From Felis catus (lineage: Eukaryota): DNA of 64,000 nt. The notes under the pieces were generated by a model that did not search any database, had not been told where the DNA came from, and worked only from the letters and a program-made list of their open reading frames with translations. The stretch spans positions 30,506,001 through 30,570,000 of the forward strand of contig NC_058368.1 in the NCBI RefSeq assembly GCF_018350175.1. Reading direction: 5' to 3'. Position 1 is the first letter of the stretch, and every line of letters begins with the position of its first letter. The translations under genes were made by a program, and so were the position numbers. Positions 24,567 to 36,932 of the stretch are shown here, one piece after another.

Positions 24567-26719
24567 GTATCTTCAGTTTCTCTACAGGTTGCTTGTACAT
24601 GAAAAAGTGCCATTTTCAAGATTGGGTGGATCCAGGCTTTTGAGGGAGAAAGAGATGGACCATGAGAGTGAGGGAGGAAGACACGCAGGGAAGAGGGGAG
24701 AGAGACAAGGTGGGCGGAGGAAGAGACTGAGAAGGAAAGAGAGAGATTCTTGATATTGCAATTAACAGACTGGCTTTGACTATTAATTACATTCCTGGAT
24801 ACTTGCTTGATTCACTGCATATTTTTTTCCCAAATAAACATAAAAAAGAAGACTAGTTTAATCTATAACACATTTCATACATCACATTTATAACGTGTTA
24901 AAAAGTATATCAGTACTCAAGGATGTGTTCAGGACTAGGGAAGGGAAACTAACATAAAGAAAATAAAATCTAATTCCTGTCTTCAAGATACTTAAGCTCT
25001 TGACTGAAGTCAAGATAAAATGTCAATAGAAAAAGCAAAATAGCTCACCAGTTGATTGATCCTTTTATCTGTAGGATCCTTTTATCTGTCAAACAACAGA
25101 ATCAGTATGTGTTAATTTTTCCTTGTTGTTTAAGGACTTGTTTATTTAAACCTCTGTGTTGGCTCTGTATGTCACATAGCCTTTCTCGGTTTATAGTGAG
25201 AAGACACAAGCTTGTGACCCGGAAATATGCTCTGTGGGATTTACAGAATAATATTTAAAGCTTTGAATTATTTATCAACAGTTAAAAATTGGGAAACTTG
25301 TCAAAAATTCCCGATTTCAGATTCTTTTTTTAAATATGCCAAAGATCCTTTGACAGTGAGCCCTGCAGCTGCACAAGGAAATAGTTATAGAGGAGTAAGG
25401 TTTGCCCTTATAGGTTGGATTTATAGTCTACAATTACCTATACTCTCACCTGGCCCACTTTTACTCATTTACATCAATTTCCATAGGCTGTGGATTTAGA
25501 AACTTTGGCTATACACTAGAGTTTTAGCTGGACAACTTGAAAAAGTATGAAAACTCAGACCTACTTAATATTGGGTCTCAATATTAGATTTGGGATTTAT
25601 CGGTCTAGTAGTGTATACGTGTCTGTGTATGTGTGTGTATGTATATGCATACACACACGTATATACATACACACATGTATATATACATAACACACACATA
25701 CACAGATACCCCAAAACCAAAACCAGTGGTTTTGTATGACCATAGTAGAGAATCATTGTTGTATTATTTGAAGTTTTATCTGCTGTTTTACATTTCCAGT
25801 GGTCTCAACATGAAACGAGAGTGTTTCTTTCTAGTTGTGTTTTCTTCTGGATTTTAATTTTCAAGCACAAATCTGGAACATAAACCACACTTCTTAATAT
25901 TTACTGAGACCGCAAAAGTATGCCTCCTTATGTGAGCTAGGATCTGGTTGTGGTTTGATAGTCCAGAGTCTCATTCAGTTTTGTCTTTGTGCCCAGAGAT
26001 GAGCAGGCTCAAGGGAGACGATTTTGATTGTTGAGACTTATGGCAACTTATGGTATTTGTTAGTTTACAGTATGAAGTTTGAAATGAAAATAGAACTTCC
26101 AAAGAGAAAGGAAAGCATGTGTTCACAGGTTGGCAAGTCCTTTCCCCAGGATGAAAGACCACATAGGAAGTCATATTATGATTAAAAAAAAAAAGCTGTT
26201 TTATGAGCCTGGTATCAGAACAAAGAAAGGTCTGTCAATTGTCACAGCTGTTGAGTTGACCGGTCAGAACATGAGTTTGACCACTGACGGCTTCCTAGAC
26301 ACTTGTCTCATCACAACCACAAATCTGGCCTGGCATTTTTGTTAGGATTTGGGTTTTCCCAAGCCTCCTCAGGTTCGCATGTGCCGATTCTCCTTAGTAC
26401 TGAACCCCCTCAACAGAGAGCACATCTCATCCATTTGGGGTATGATTTTACTTGTTTAATTTCAGATATAAAATCTGCCTTTTTTTCTATAGGCATCCCA
26501 CCATAAACCTCTATGTACTAAGATATCATGAGTTCACTTTTCACGAATGAACATCTTTCTTGCTCTCCTGAAGTGGGAGTCCCTAGAGAATAAAAATAGA
26601 ACACATTATAAAATCTTTTTAATTCTCTTCAGTGGTCAAACCCTAGCCTTGCTTTTGGGACAGAACTCTGGACAGGGCGAAAGGTGCATGTATTTCCTGA
26701 GCAATTGTTGTGGACCTTA

Positions 26720-26965
26720 TCTTATTTATATACATACATGTGTGTATTTATATATATTTATATTTATATTTATATTTATATTTAATCTTATATATAAATC
26801 TTATATACAAATCTTATATACAGATACACATATATGTATATAATCTTATATAAAATTATATATTAACATATAAAAATACATTATGTATTATATATTAATA
26901 TATTTATTATTATAAATTATATATATTATCTTATATATATAAATCTTTTATATATATAATTTGTG
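26720..26965. repeat. TA-rich low-complexity tract
   Basis: (TATATT)n and related units. Confidence 0.9.
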
Positions 26966-27089
26966 ATATTATTATCCTCATTTTATAAATAAGGAATATA
27001 AAGCTTAAAGAAGTTAAATAAATTGTTCAAATTAGCAGCTAGTACATTGACAGAGCCTGAATTCAAACCTCTGGTTCTTTGACTTCTAA

Positions 27090-27090
<1 letters not shown>
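26966..27090 (-). mobile_element. MIR fragment followed by (TG)n at 27094-27130
   Basis: attatcctcattttataaataagga...agttaaataaattgttcaa...gagcctgaattcaaacct. Confidence 0.75.
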
Positions 27091-27131
<41 letters not shown>

Positions 27132-27671
27132 ATGCACACGTGCATTTGTGTGGGGTTGTGAGACAGATAAATTGCATTAGGTTTCCTTATGATTAAATAT
27201 ATACTGTGATGCCTCATATAATATATGATCAATAGAGGTTTGATTTATGATCAAAAAGTAATATTTATCACTTAATCATTTTCTTACAGCTCCCACATAT
27301 TTTCATTTGCTCTTTATAGAGATTTGGGAAATGGAGTGGATTTTAACTGTTTCAATCATTTAACATCTGGCAATGTGAGCACATAGTAACTGCTCAATAA
27401 ATATCTCATGTAGAAAGATGAAGGGAACTATTGGGGCATTTTGATTGTATAGCTAGACGTATGACATATAAGTAGCTAAAGGTCAGTCAGTCCTTCTCTT
27501 TTCTCTGTATTCAAAATGTGCACAGTATAAAATCATATTTAATATAAAGTTATTGCTACCTACATGGAAAGGATCTAGAGAAAGTACTTGCTATTTAAAA
27601 TGATTCATGGCAAATGTATTAGAAAAATAGGAAACACTTTATTGTTAAAATACACCCCCACCTGCGCATGT

Positions 27672-27706
<35 letters not shown>

Positions 27707-28464
27707 GCAACCCTTCAATGGAATGAAACTTTCTCCTTATAAAGTCAGTGGGTGGACGTAGACACCTGTCTAACTCCGGTCAGCTTTAAATTGGGCAATT
27801 CAGAAAGCCCAAGTTGAGAATATTTGGGCCGGAAACATACCCATGGTACTTGAGATGTTGTCCTAGCCTCCCAGCACTACTAATCAGGGTGCTGAGAGAA
27901 GAGAGAAGGAAACTGCAGGTTCTTCTGTTGTACAGAAAATGTGTTCTTCACAATCAGAGAGAAGTCTTAGAAAAGCACTTCTGTCGCCAGTGTAGCTGAC
28001 ACCCCACGGGGAGCCTTTCTGCCTTCCCCTTAATGCTCTACCTGAGATGTCTAGCGTAGGTACAAGTGAACTGTCCCAGATGAGACTAAGTGATGGCCAG
28101 AGATTGCACAGAGGCCTCCTCACACACCATTTTATACTGCATTTCTTAGACCAGCGTCTACCATCACCTCCCAAATTCCCACTTACTGACTTTTAGCTGT
28201 CATTTGAATTTTTCTTTGGATAATACACAATTACTTACCTAATGAAATATTGGTGAAATGTATTCATATGAGTTTTATTAGTTCTCATTTATAATGTTAT
28301 TTTTACAGAAGTATATATTCCAGATATACTTACTATATGTTATAATTATATCTGATAATTATATATTATGGAATATATACATATTCCATAGTATGTACCA
28401 ATTACAGTGTTGTTTCTTATTGTGACAGTGACAAATCGATTACCTATGGACAATGTCCTTTTCT

Positions 28465-28689
28465 TTTTTTAAAAAAAATGTTTTTAACGCTTATTTATTT
28501 TTGAGACAGAGAGAGACAGAGCATGAACGGGGGAGGGTCAGAGAGAGAGGGAGACACAGAATCTGAAACAGGCTCCAGGCTCTGAGCGGTCAGCACAGAG
28601 CCCGACGCGGGGCTCGAACTCATAGACAGTGAGATCATGACCTGAGCTGAAGTTGGACGCTTAGCCGACTGAGCCACCCAGGCGCCCCA
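28465..28689 (-). mobile_element. Can-SINE (young felid type)
   Basis: Perfect 16-bp TSD gacaatgtccttttct at 28449-28464 and 28690-28705. Confidence 0.97.
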
Positions 28690-31319
28690 GACAATGTCCT
28701 TTTCTAGAGTCCTCTTTTCCTTGGTATTCTTAAGGCAGTTAATTGCTAAGGGTTGTTCTCAAAGCATTGTGGTCTAGTTTTTTATTTTGATATTTTGTTC
28801 ATCTTCCTAGTAAGCCTATTAAAGACCAGTAAAAATACTCTGAGCTCTAGAGAGACTTGATGAAAAAAGTTGATTCTAAATTTTGACTATTCTAATGATT
28901 TGTCTAATTATAACAATCATTACTCATAGAATACAAAATTCCAAATATTTGCCTCTCCCCCAAGTGCTATAAAGTTGATCACATGCTTCTTAGAAAAAGC
29001 TCACAAATTAGTATTTTTAATCCCATGATTTGGAAATGTTTCATCCAGCCATTAGTATTGAGGAACTTACAGATTTTAAGTTGGGAAAGAACTAGCATTT
29101 ATTGCATGCCTGCTTTGTAGAGATCAGCACTTCACATATATTACTTTGTTAACCAGACCTGGCTCTGTGACTCAGATATTAATATTTCCATCTAGCAGAC
29201 AAGGGCAGGAGAATTGAGGCGTGTTAGGCAACTTGCCAGACGCTAAGAGCCCAACTCTAGTGCCGGGGCACCGTTGCACTAATTGTGTAAATATTTGTGT
29301 ATGTGCTTTCTAAACATTATTTACAAAAATGATCATAGCGTATATTCTCTAGAGATTGATGCTTTCTCTGATTTTGTCTTCATGTTCTATGTGACATTTT
29401 GATATATGGTATGAACCTCTGATTCTTCTTGAATACATTCATCACCCTCAATTACTATTAGATTTGTCATTTCAATTATCTTCTGTAAATTACCTCCCTT
29501 GCATCCTATTACTTATACTCCCCCCCTACCCCCCGCCTGTCCAGTTAGCATCTCCTTGTGCCTTCTATTTCTAACGTGCACTTCCAAAAACTTGGACTAC
29601 TGGTTTTTAAGAATTTTTCTCTCAGAGTTCAATATTCACCATGCCCCAAATTACCCTCCTGATGGTACTCTTAGTTTTTTAACTACACGACTGAGAATGA
29701 GTATGTTGAGAATAATGTCAATGGAGAGGTTTTACTTTTTTGCAGGTGGTCTCAATTCTGCTAAGATCACATTGTCCTCAGATAAGAATTGCTATCGATG
29801 TAAGTCATATGAACATGAACCTGAGGAGGCACATTCAGTTTAATACACTCGTGGCCTTGGTGGTTGTATCTCAAGGGGAAGGAATGATAACGGTACTACC
29901 ATTGCCACCACCACCTAACATCAGCAAGATTGCTGCCATTTATTAGGCACTCGTAATGTGCAAGATATTGTACAGGCACTTTATAAACCTTTTGTGTCTT
30001 AAATATGTATCTGACTTGGCATGTACTCAGAACAGTGTCTGCTTGTAAATTGAACACAAATATTTGCTTTTATCATTTTCATCATCACCATCATTGTCTC
30101 ATTTAAAGCCTTCAATGATCGTTGGATGGAGATACTATTCTCCGCGTTTTAAGGCTGAGGAAATTGAGGTTAATGGAGGCTGAGTGACTAGCAGGGTAGA
30201 GATTGAATTTCAATGCAGGTATATTTGATTTCTGAGACTATTTCCTTCCGGTTCAGTTACACTATCTCCCATAAGTGGGAATGGCTACAAAGAAAAATGT
30301 TTCCCTGCTTTCGACCTTCACCAGGTGGGAACCCCTTGCTGTCTCCCCTCGGGGAGCATGTCACACAGGGGACACTAATCCAGAAACCATGGCTGATGTC
30401 TATACTTCATAGATCGCTGTTTGGAGAAGTCTCTGTGGCATCAGGGAGAAAGTAGCTGGGTTCTTAGGGGACCCTCTGAATGTCTGAGATGTTTTGATTG
30501 CTCTGCTTATCCCAGGAACGCTAGCTGCTAACCCCTGTCTTCCCCAGGGCATTCTGATTTTCCAGACAGAACTGGACTCTGGTTCTATAAATGCTCATCT
30601 TGTCCTCTCCTTTGTCCCTTGTCATCACTTCTTCTAACCTGACACCAGCTGTGTGCCATCTATTAACCTGTCATATTCATTGATCTCCCTAAGAAATCAA
30701 ACTGTCCCTCTAATTCCCCTGTCTGATCTTTGCTTGCCAGAGCTTACTGACAAAATTGTCCCCTTGCAGAAAAGTATAGTCTATTCTCTTTAGCTATAAT
30801 AGCCTGAAATGCTGTATAGTCAATACATGATTTTCTGTACATTTTAAACTTTATGGCCTCATTGAAAATGAAAACTGTTTGCAGATAACTCTAATTTCAC
30901 CTCCAATGGCTGTATGAAAATACATCCAAAGTAAACCTAGGGATTAAGGAAGCTTATAAAGAACAGTATAAAACCTTTCCATCGGGACTTGCATTTTTCA
31001 ACAGAAAATAGGGTGTTCTCTGTAATTCATAATATCCAAATCCAAAATGATACCTAATTTTCTTCCCTCTTATTTGTTGGAGGATGATGATAGAGGATTA
31101 TAAAAGCTCCAGTGTAGCTTAATATTGTTCTAATGAAGCTGTGGTCATTCCCTTTTCTCTTTAAGAACCTTAGGAAATTCTCCATTCCTTGATGATGCTA
31201 TACTTCCATCAGGATATCACTGTAAAAGCACGACTTCTTTGCCAAAACTAGATAATTTAAGAATAAGCACATCTTCATTATTTATTTTATTATTCAGTGG
31301 TAACTCTGTACTAGGAGCT

Positions 31320-32340
31320 TATATTAGTCAGTGTCCAGCCAGGGTAACATGAGTTACTCTAGGCATTTCAAGCAGAGAGAATTCAACACAGGAAATAAGT
31401 TAAAAGACATATTGGATGTTCATTGCAACATTATTTACAGAAGCCAATGCATGAAACAACCTAAGTGTCCATTCATAGATGAATTGACAAAGAAAATGTG
31501 ATATGCCTGTATTCTATATGTGTGCACATATGTGTATATGTGTGTATACATAGACACATACACAATGAAATATTATTCAGCTGTGTAAAAGAAGGAAATC
31601 CTGTCATTTGTAACAACATGGATGGGTCTTGAAGGCATTTTACTGAAGGACATAAGGCAAACAGAAAAAGACAAAAGAGGTTATGATCTCACTTGTATGT
31701 GGAATCTGAATAAACCAAAATCATAGATATAGAAGACAGATTGGTGATAGCCAGAGGTGGGGGAAGAGAAGGAAGTAAAATGGGTGAAGGTGGTCAAAAG
31801 GTACAGACTTCCAGTTATAAGATAAATAAGTCCTGGGGATGTAACGTACATCCCCTGTCAGTGGGGATACAATACAGTGATGCTGTATTGTATATTTACA
31901 AAATGCCAAGAGAGCAAATCTTAAAAGTTCTCATCAGAAGAAAACAAACTTTTGTAACTATGCAAGGTGATTGTTGTTAACTAAACTTATTGTGATGATC
32001 ATTTCATGATATATGCATATATTATATTGCGCATTTTAGACTAATACAGTGTTCCCTGTTAATTATTTGTCACTAAAACTGGGGGAAATATATATTGGGA
32101 GGATCAAAAGAGCAAAAGAGAAAAGCAAGTGGTTATTCAAAATTGGGGACTGCTTCCCCCTTGGCCTGAAGGCTAGGAATTCAGCGGCCAGCGTGCAGGG
32201 GGGTGCTCCCAGTGCCCCGGCTAGTGCTGGCAGTCTGTTGCTGCCACTGAGCAGAAAGCTAGGAGGCTCCTCTCCCACAGATGCTCTGAAAATACCCTGA
32301 AGCTCCCGGGGAATGAAAACCTCTGGCAATCTCTCCACAA
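31320..32340 (-). mobile_element. Old ERVL-class LTR split by an L1 insertion
   Basis: tattagtcagtgtccagccaggg...actctaggcatttcaagcagagagaattcaacacagg resembles the reverse of an ERVL LTR end. It resumes after 32090, with a TSD-like atattgg flanking the L1. Confidence 0.55.
31416..32090 (+). mobile_element. L1MA9-like L1 3' end
   Basis: atgttcattgcaacattatttaca...aacctaagtgtccat...gggtgaaggtggtcaaaaggtacagacttccagttataagataaataag...aaaactgggggaaa. Confidence 0.9.
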
Positions 32341-33513
32341 AGCTTTAAACAGGCTATTCCCTGTACCTGGAACTCACCCTTCCTCCCTCCACCTGCCCTG
32401 CCTCCCACTTGGCTGTGTCTTCTATTTCTAATAAAAATCGTGTGCTTTTCAACGTCTAGCAGGAGATTGTTACATATGGGAGTCTTGAACTTTATCACAC
32501 CTTTCTGTGTCCCTTGTTATCATATCCATGATTGCAATATCATGGTGTATCTGTTACCTGTGTATTTGTTAGTCAGTCCTCTTTAAGTTGAGAGCTTCTC
32601 AAGGTTGTGCCTTTTTTTGTTTCTTTGTTTATATCCCCTCAACCAGCATGGAACCTATTCACTCTCAACTAATGTTTGTCAAGTGTATTTTAATTGAATT
32701 TAGTTGCAAATACATATAGCTGTGGAATCTTGATGCGTCTAATAAGCTGGGTCAAGAATTAAAACGTGTTGTAGGCAATGGGGAGTTGTGCGTTGGGAGA
32801 CTTGCAGAGACATGAAGTGATTCAGTGAGTCTGAGCTGGAGGAAGTTAGAGAGTTAGCTCTCTAACTCTCTATCTAACTCTATCTCTCAGTGAATCTGTG
32901 GTATCCAGTAGGAGCAGAGATTTTAAGCTTGACCCTTAAGTGACCGCTGTTTTGTTTTTCCTCATTGGGGACTTAGGAATGTTATTTTATCTTACTTTAT
33001 TGTGGAGGTGGGGCTTTATTCGGGATGAAAAAGTGTTCTTTTTAGAGCTTCCAGAGGTGTCTGATTGACAGGCTGGCTGAGGTTTTATAATCAACCATTT
33101 ATAATCATGAAATATTCTAATTATAAAAAGTAATGTAGTCAGACATTCTAAATTATGTTCCCATTCACTTTGCCAAGTGCCTTTTGAAACCATTTTGCTC
33201 TGGCATCCTTTTATTTTTTTTATTTTTTTTTTTTATTCTCTTTTTACAACACAGAAAACTGAGAGTCTGCCTTCAGTGAGTTAACTCTGAACAAATTAAG
33301 GGTGTGAGTACAAGTGGCCCAAGATGAATCACAATATAATACCCTACCTTTCGAACCTAAACTCAAGTTTTTCCTCCTGGAAAAACCCTCTAGAATGCTA
33401 GAGCTACCTGTCCATCTGGCTGAAGATAAAATAACAGTAACAACTCAGGGATCAATCCTATCTTAAACTTTCTGTTCCTCCCACAAAGTCTCATTCTCAA
33501 GACAGAGGCCAAT

Positions 33514-33723
33514 CTGGGTGCCTCAGTGGCTCAGTCGGTTAAGTGTCTGACTTCAGCTCAGGTCATGATCTCATGGTTCATGGGTTTGAGCCCCGCGTCA
33601 GGCTCTGTGCTGGCAGGTCAGAGCCTGGAGCCTGATTCGGATTCTGTTCTCCCTCTCTCTCTGCTCCTCCCCTGCTCACGCTCTGTCTCTCTCTCTCAAA
33701 AATAAAATAACATTAAAAAAAAA
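33514..33723 (+). mobile_element. Can-SINE
   Basis: Perfect TSD aagacagaggccaat at 33499-33513 and 33724-33738. Confidence 0.97.
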
Positions 33724-33748
33724 AAGACAGAGGCCAATACGATCTAGG

Positions 33749-33961
33749 CTGTGGATTTCAAACCAGGTCCCTCAGATCCTGGATACTGAAAGGCCCACAA
33801 GGGGAGAGAAGGAGAGACAGAGCAGACAGAGCTCCATCTGTTTCAGCCTCACTTGTCATCACCTCCAGCAGATCCATTCTTCTCCTTTAACACATTACAT
33901 TCTTTATGAAACTTCATTTACGAAAGGAATCGACTGCTATTGATGATGTAAAGAAACACTG
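33749..33961. mobile_element. hAT-Charlie MITE, MER102/MER117-like
   Basis: Degenerate TIRs (ctgtggatttcaaacc ... gaaacactg) and internal ttcatttacgaaagga...ctgct. Confidence 0.55.
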
Positions 33962-34312
33962 ATCTTGTCTGCAGAAATATTAAGAGAATGTACAGTTGCT
34001 TAAAAAAAGGCTATGTGAAGGGAAATTCCATAGATATGGACTCAGAAAACCTCTCCTTTGATTTTTGATTTTTGTTTTTCCAGTTATCTGTGAGTTCTTG
34101 AACAAGTTACTTAACCTCTTTGGACCTTAGTTTTTCGATCAGAGATGTTGTGAAATTTAAAATTACTAAAGCTTCGGAGAAGTGGTTTGCAAATTGCCGT
34201 ATTCTATTCAAACAAGAGTCATTGTTTTCCAGAGAATGGGTCAGTAAATTGATGAAATTCTAGAGTAACAACACAAATACATCATTATTAATAAACAGTG
34301 TTAAATGCCTGC

Positions 34313-34817
34313 TGTGATGGTCCATTTTCTGTGTCAACCAGACTGGGCATGGAATCCCCAGATAGTTGATCACACTTTATTCTAGTGTTTCTGTGAGAAT
34401 TTATTTGGTTGACATTAATATTTAAATCAACAGACTTGAGTAAAGGAGATTGTCTCCCGTAATGTGGGTGAGTCAATCAATTAAAGGCCTGAATGGAATA
34501 AAAGGCTGACCCTCCCCTGAGTAAATGAGAATTCTGCCTGAGGGTCTTCAAACTGGGATATCAACTCTTCCTGGTTCTACAGCACTTTCTGGTCTTTGGG
34601 CTAGAACTGGACCATTGGCTTTTCTGAATGTGAACTTGCCAGCCTCCATAATTTTGTGAACCAATTCCTTATAATAGATAGGTGGGTAGGTAGGTAGGTA
34701 AGTAGGTAGGTAGGTAGATGGATAGATAGATAGATAGATAGATGGATAGATAGACAGACAGACAGATATATATATGCCATACTGGTTCTTTTTTTCTAGA
34801 GAACCCTGACTAATACA
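34313..34817 (+). mobile_element. ERVL solo LTR, MLT2B-like, with internal (TAGG/TAGA)n
   Basis: TGTGATGG...tgtgtcaa start and gagaaccctgactaataCA end. TSD cctgc (34308-34312) / cctac (34818-34822). Confidence 0.93.
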
Positions 34818-34822
34818 CCTAC

Positions 34823-35313
34823 TGAGGTGATCTTGAAATACAGTCACAATTCTTTGACATTCTTCCCTCCAAAAGGTGGGGTCTAGTTCCCCTCTCCCTT
34901 GAACTTAGTGACTTGCTTCTAATGAATGGAATACAGTGGGAGAGACAGTGTATGCAAGGTGATAAAAGACACTATGCCTTTCTTCAGTTTCCTCTCTTAG
35001 ATCACTTTCTCGAGGGGAAGCAAGTGCCATGTATAAAGATGTTCTATGGTGAGGAACTGAGGCAGCTCCAGCTAACAGCCATGAGAGCCATACCGGAAGT
35101 GGACCCGGCAGCCCCTGTCAGGCCTTCAGAAGACTGAAACCCTGACTGACATCATCACTCTGACTTCATGAAAGATCCTGAACCAGAACCGTTCAACAAA
35201 ACTGCTCCCAGATTCCTAAACCATAGAAAATACACGAAAAAACAAACACTTAATTGTCTTTAAGCCATTATGTTTTAGAGTACTTTGTTTTGCAACAGAA
35301 GATAACTAATATA
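34823..35313 (+). mobile_element. MaLR solo LTR, MLT1F-like
   Basis: aattctttgaca...tggtgaggaactgagg...ctgctcccagattcct...gataactaatata. Flanked by cctac / cctgt. Confidence 0.9.
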
Positions 35314-36479
35314 CCTGTGTTGGGTACATCGCAATGTGCTGGACCCTTCATTCCTGGACTTAGGATTGTGCATAGTTACTGGGAGATACCAAGACTCAGT
35401 AAGGAAAATTTTCGTTTCATTTTCTATTTGCATCACGATGTGGGAGAGTGGCCAACATCCAGTAAACCTGGATCAAAATTCGAAGTGCCCTTGTTGATCT
35501 GGGCAGGAAGTCAAGACAACCCAAATGAAGGTCAACACGGGCAAGGACAGAGCAGCAGGCCTAGGAAGAAAAGTAACCCTTCATCAGCACAATGGGGAAT
35601 AATTGGCTGTGTAAGAATGAAGGTCAGGCTCCCTGTGCGCTTAAAATAGGTGTTCAATACGTATTCATTGATTGATGTCGGTTGATTTATTTTGAATGCC
35701 AGACAGACTGTGAGTCATCAGTGTTGCAATATTGCTTAAATAAATGTGAGTTGTGCCTGAAAAAAAAATAGCAATTCAGCAGCGAGGACCAAAAAGAGCC
35801 ATTCAGCCTCTCACTGGGTAGCTCTACTTGTCCCACCTGCCACAGACTTCTAATTACTGAGAGAGAGGAGCTTCCCAGGTGGAAGATGAGTAATGCTGCA
35901 GGGAGAAATGAAGGAGAGTCTTCAATGGGAAGGCCTTTGGAAGAGGAGCCTAACCAATTGCCATCAGTTTCAAGTGAGGGTCTGGATTGATTTCTCTATA
36001 GGGAGATTACTGGTGTGATTTGCAGAGATGCTGAGGTATACCCCGAGCAGACTGATGGTGAGCGAGGCTAGGAGAGGGGGAAGGGATTGCTGCTTGGTAA
36101 TAGAAGAGAATTTTGATTTGGTGGTTAGACATAGTTCACATGAAGATATTGCTTAATTTTTTTTTTTTTTTGAAACTCTGGCCATGCTTAGGCTTCGGTG
36201 GAATACAGGGAAGTGTGGTTTCTGCTCTAGGTCGCGTTCAATGGCTTCTTTCTCTATTTTAGAGATCAAGGCCCTCCATGTGAAGTAGTGAGGGACACAT
36301 GGTTAAGGTGCTCCCACGGTCCAGTTCCCCTGGGAGAAGCTCTGTGTACACAGCTTGTCCCAATGTCATTATTTCAGTGCCACTTTTACCCAGAAGGATC
36401 CTGATTTGGGTGACCAGTTCTAGGACAACTCACCTCCATTCTTAGTGGAAGGGCATTGTAGGAGAGAAGGTAGAAACAC

Positions 36480-36690
36480 AGATTCTAGCACAAAGCTCCA
36501 GGAGGGAAAAATCTCAGCTCTATCACTCAATGGTCACATGACCTTGGACAAATTCCTCAATATCTTTGGACTGTGGTTACTGTAAAGCGGGGATGATGAC
36601 GTCCGTCTGTGTGGTCGGGGTGAGGATTAAATGAGCTTCTATGCACAAAGCCCTGCCAATGGTGCCAGACAATGTGAAAGCTCTTTACCA
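36480..36690 (+). mobile_element. MIR
   Basis: aaatctcagctctatcact...tgaccttggacaaattcctcaa...ctgtaaagcggggatgatga...gtgaggattaaatgag. Confidence 0.82.
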
Positions 36691-36735
36691 GCTTTAGGTT
36701 TGCTTCCTCGTGAATCTTCACAAGACTCTTGTAAA

Positions 36736-36932
36736 TTTCTTATTTATTTGTTTTGTTTATTTGTTTATTTATTTAGGGAAAGGGAGCAAGTGTGCAAAGG
36801 TGGGGAGGGGCGGAGAGACAGGGAGAGAGAGAATACCAAGCAGGCCGCACGCTGTAGCACGAACCATGAGACCGCGACCTGAGCCGAAATCGAGAGTCGG
36901 ATGCTTAACCAACTGAGCCACCCAGGCGCCCC
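36736..36932 (-). mobile_element. Can-SINE (internally deleted, CpG-enriched) within a MIR
   Basis: Head ends in caggcgcccc. A MIR core continues at about 36950-37060. Confidence 0.92.

Noticed and set aside
25058..25089. 15-bp direct repeat gatccttttatctgt
   Set aside because: A trivial micro-duplication with a 2-nt spacer and no inserted element.
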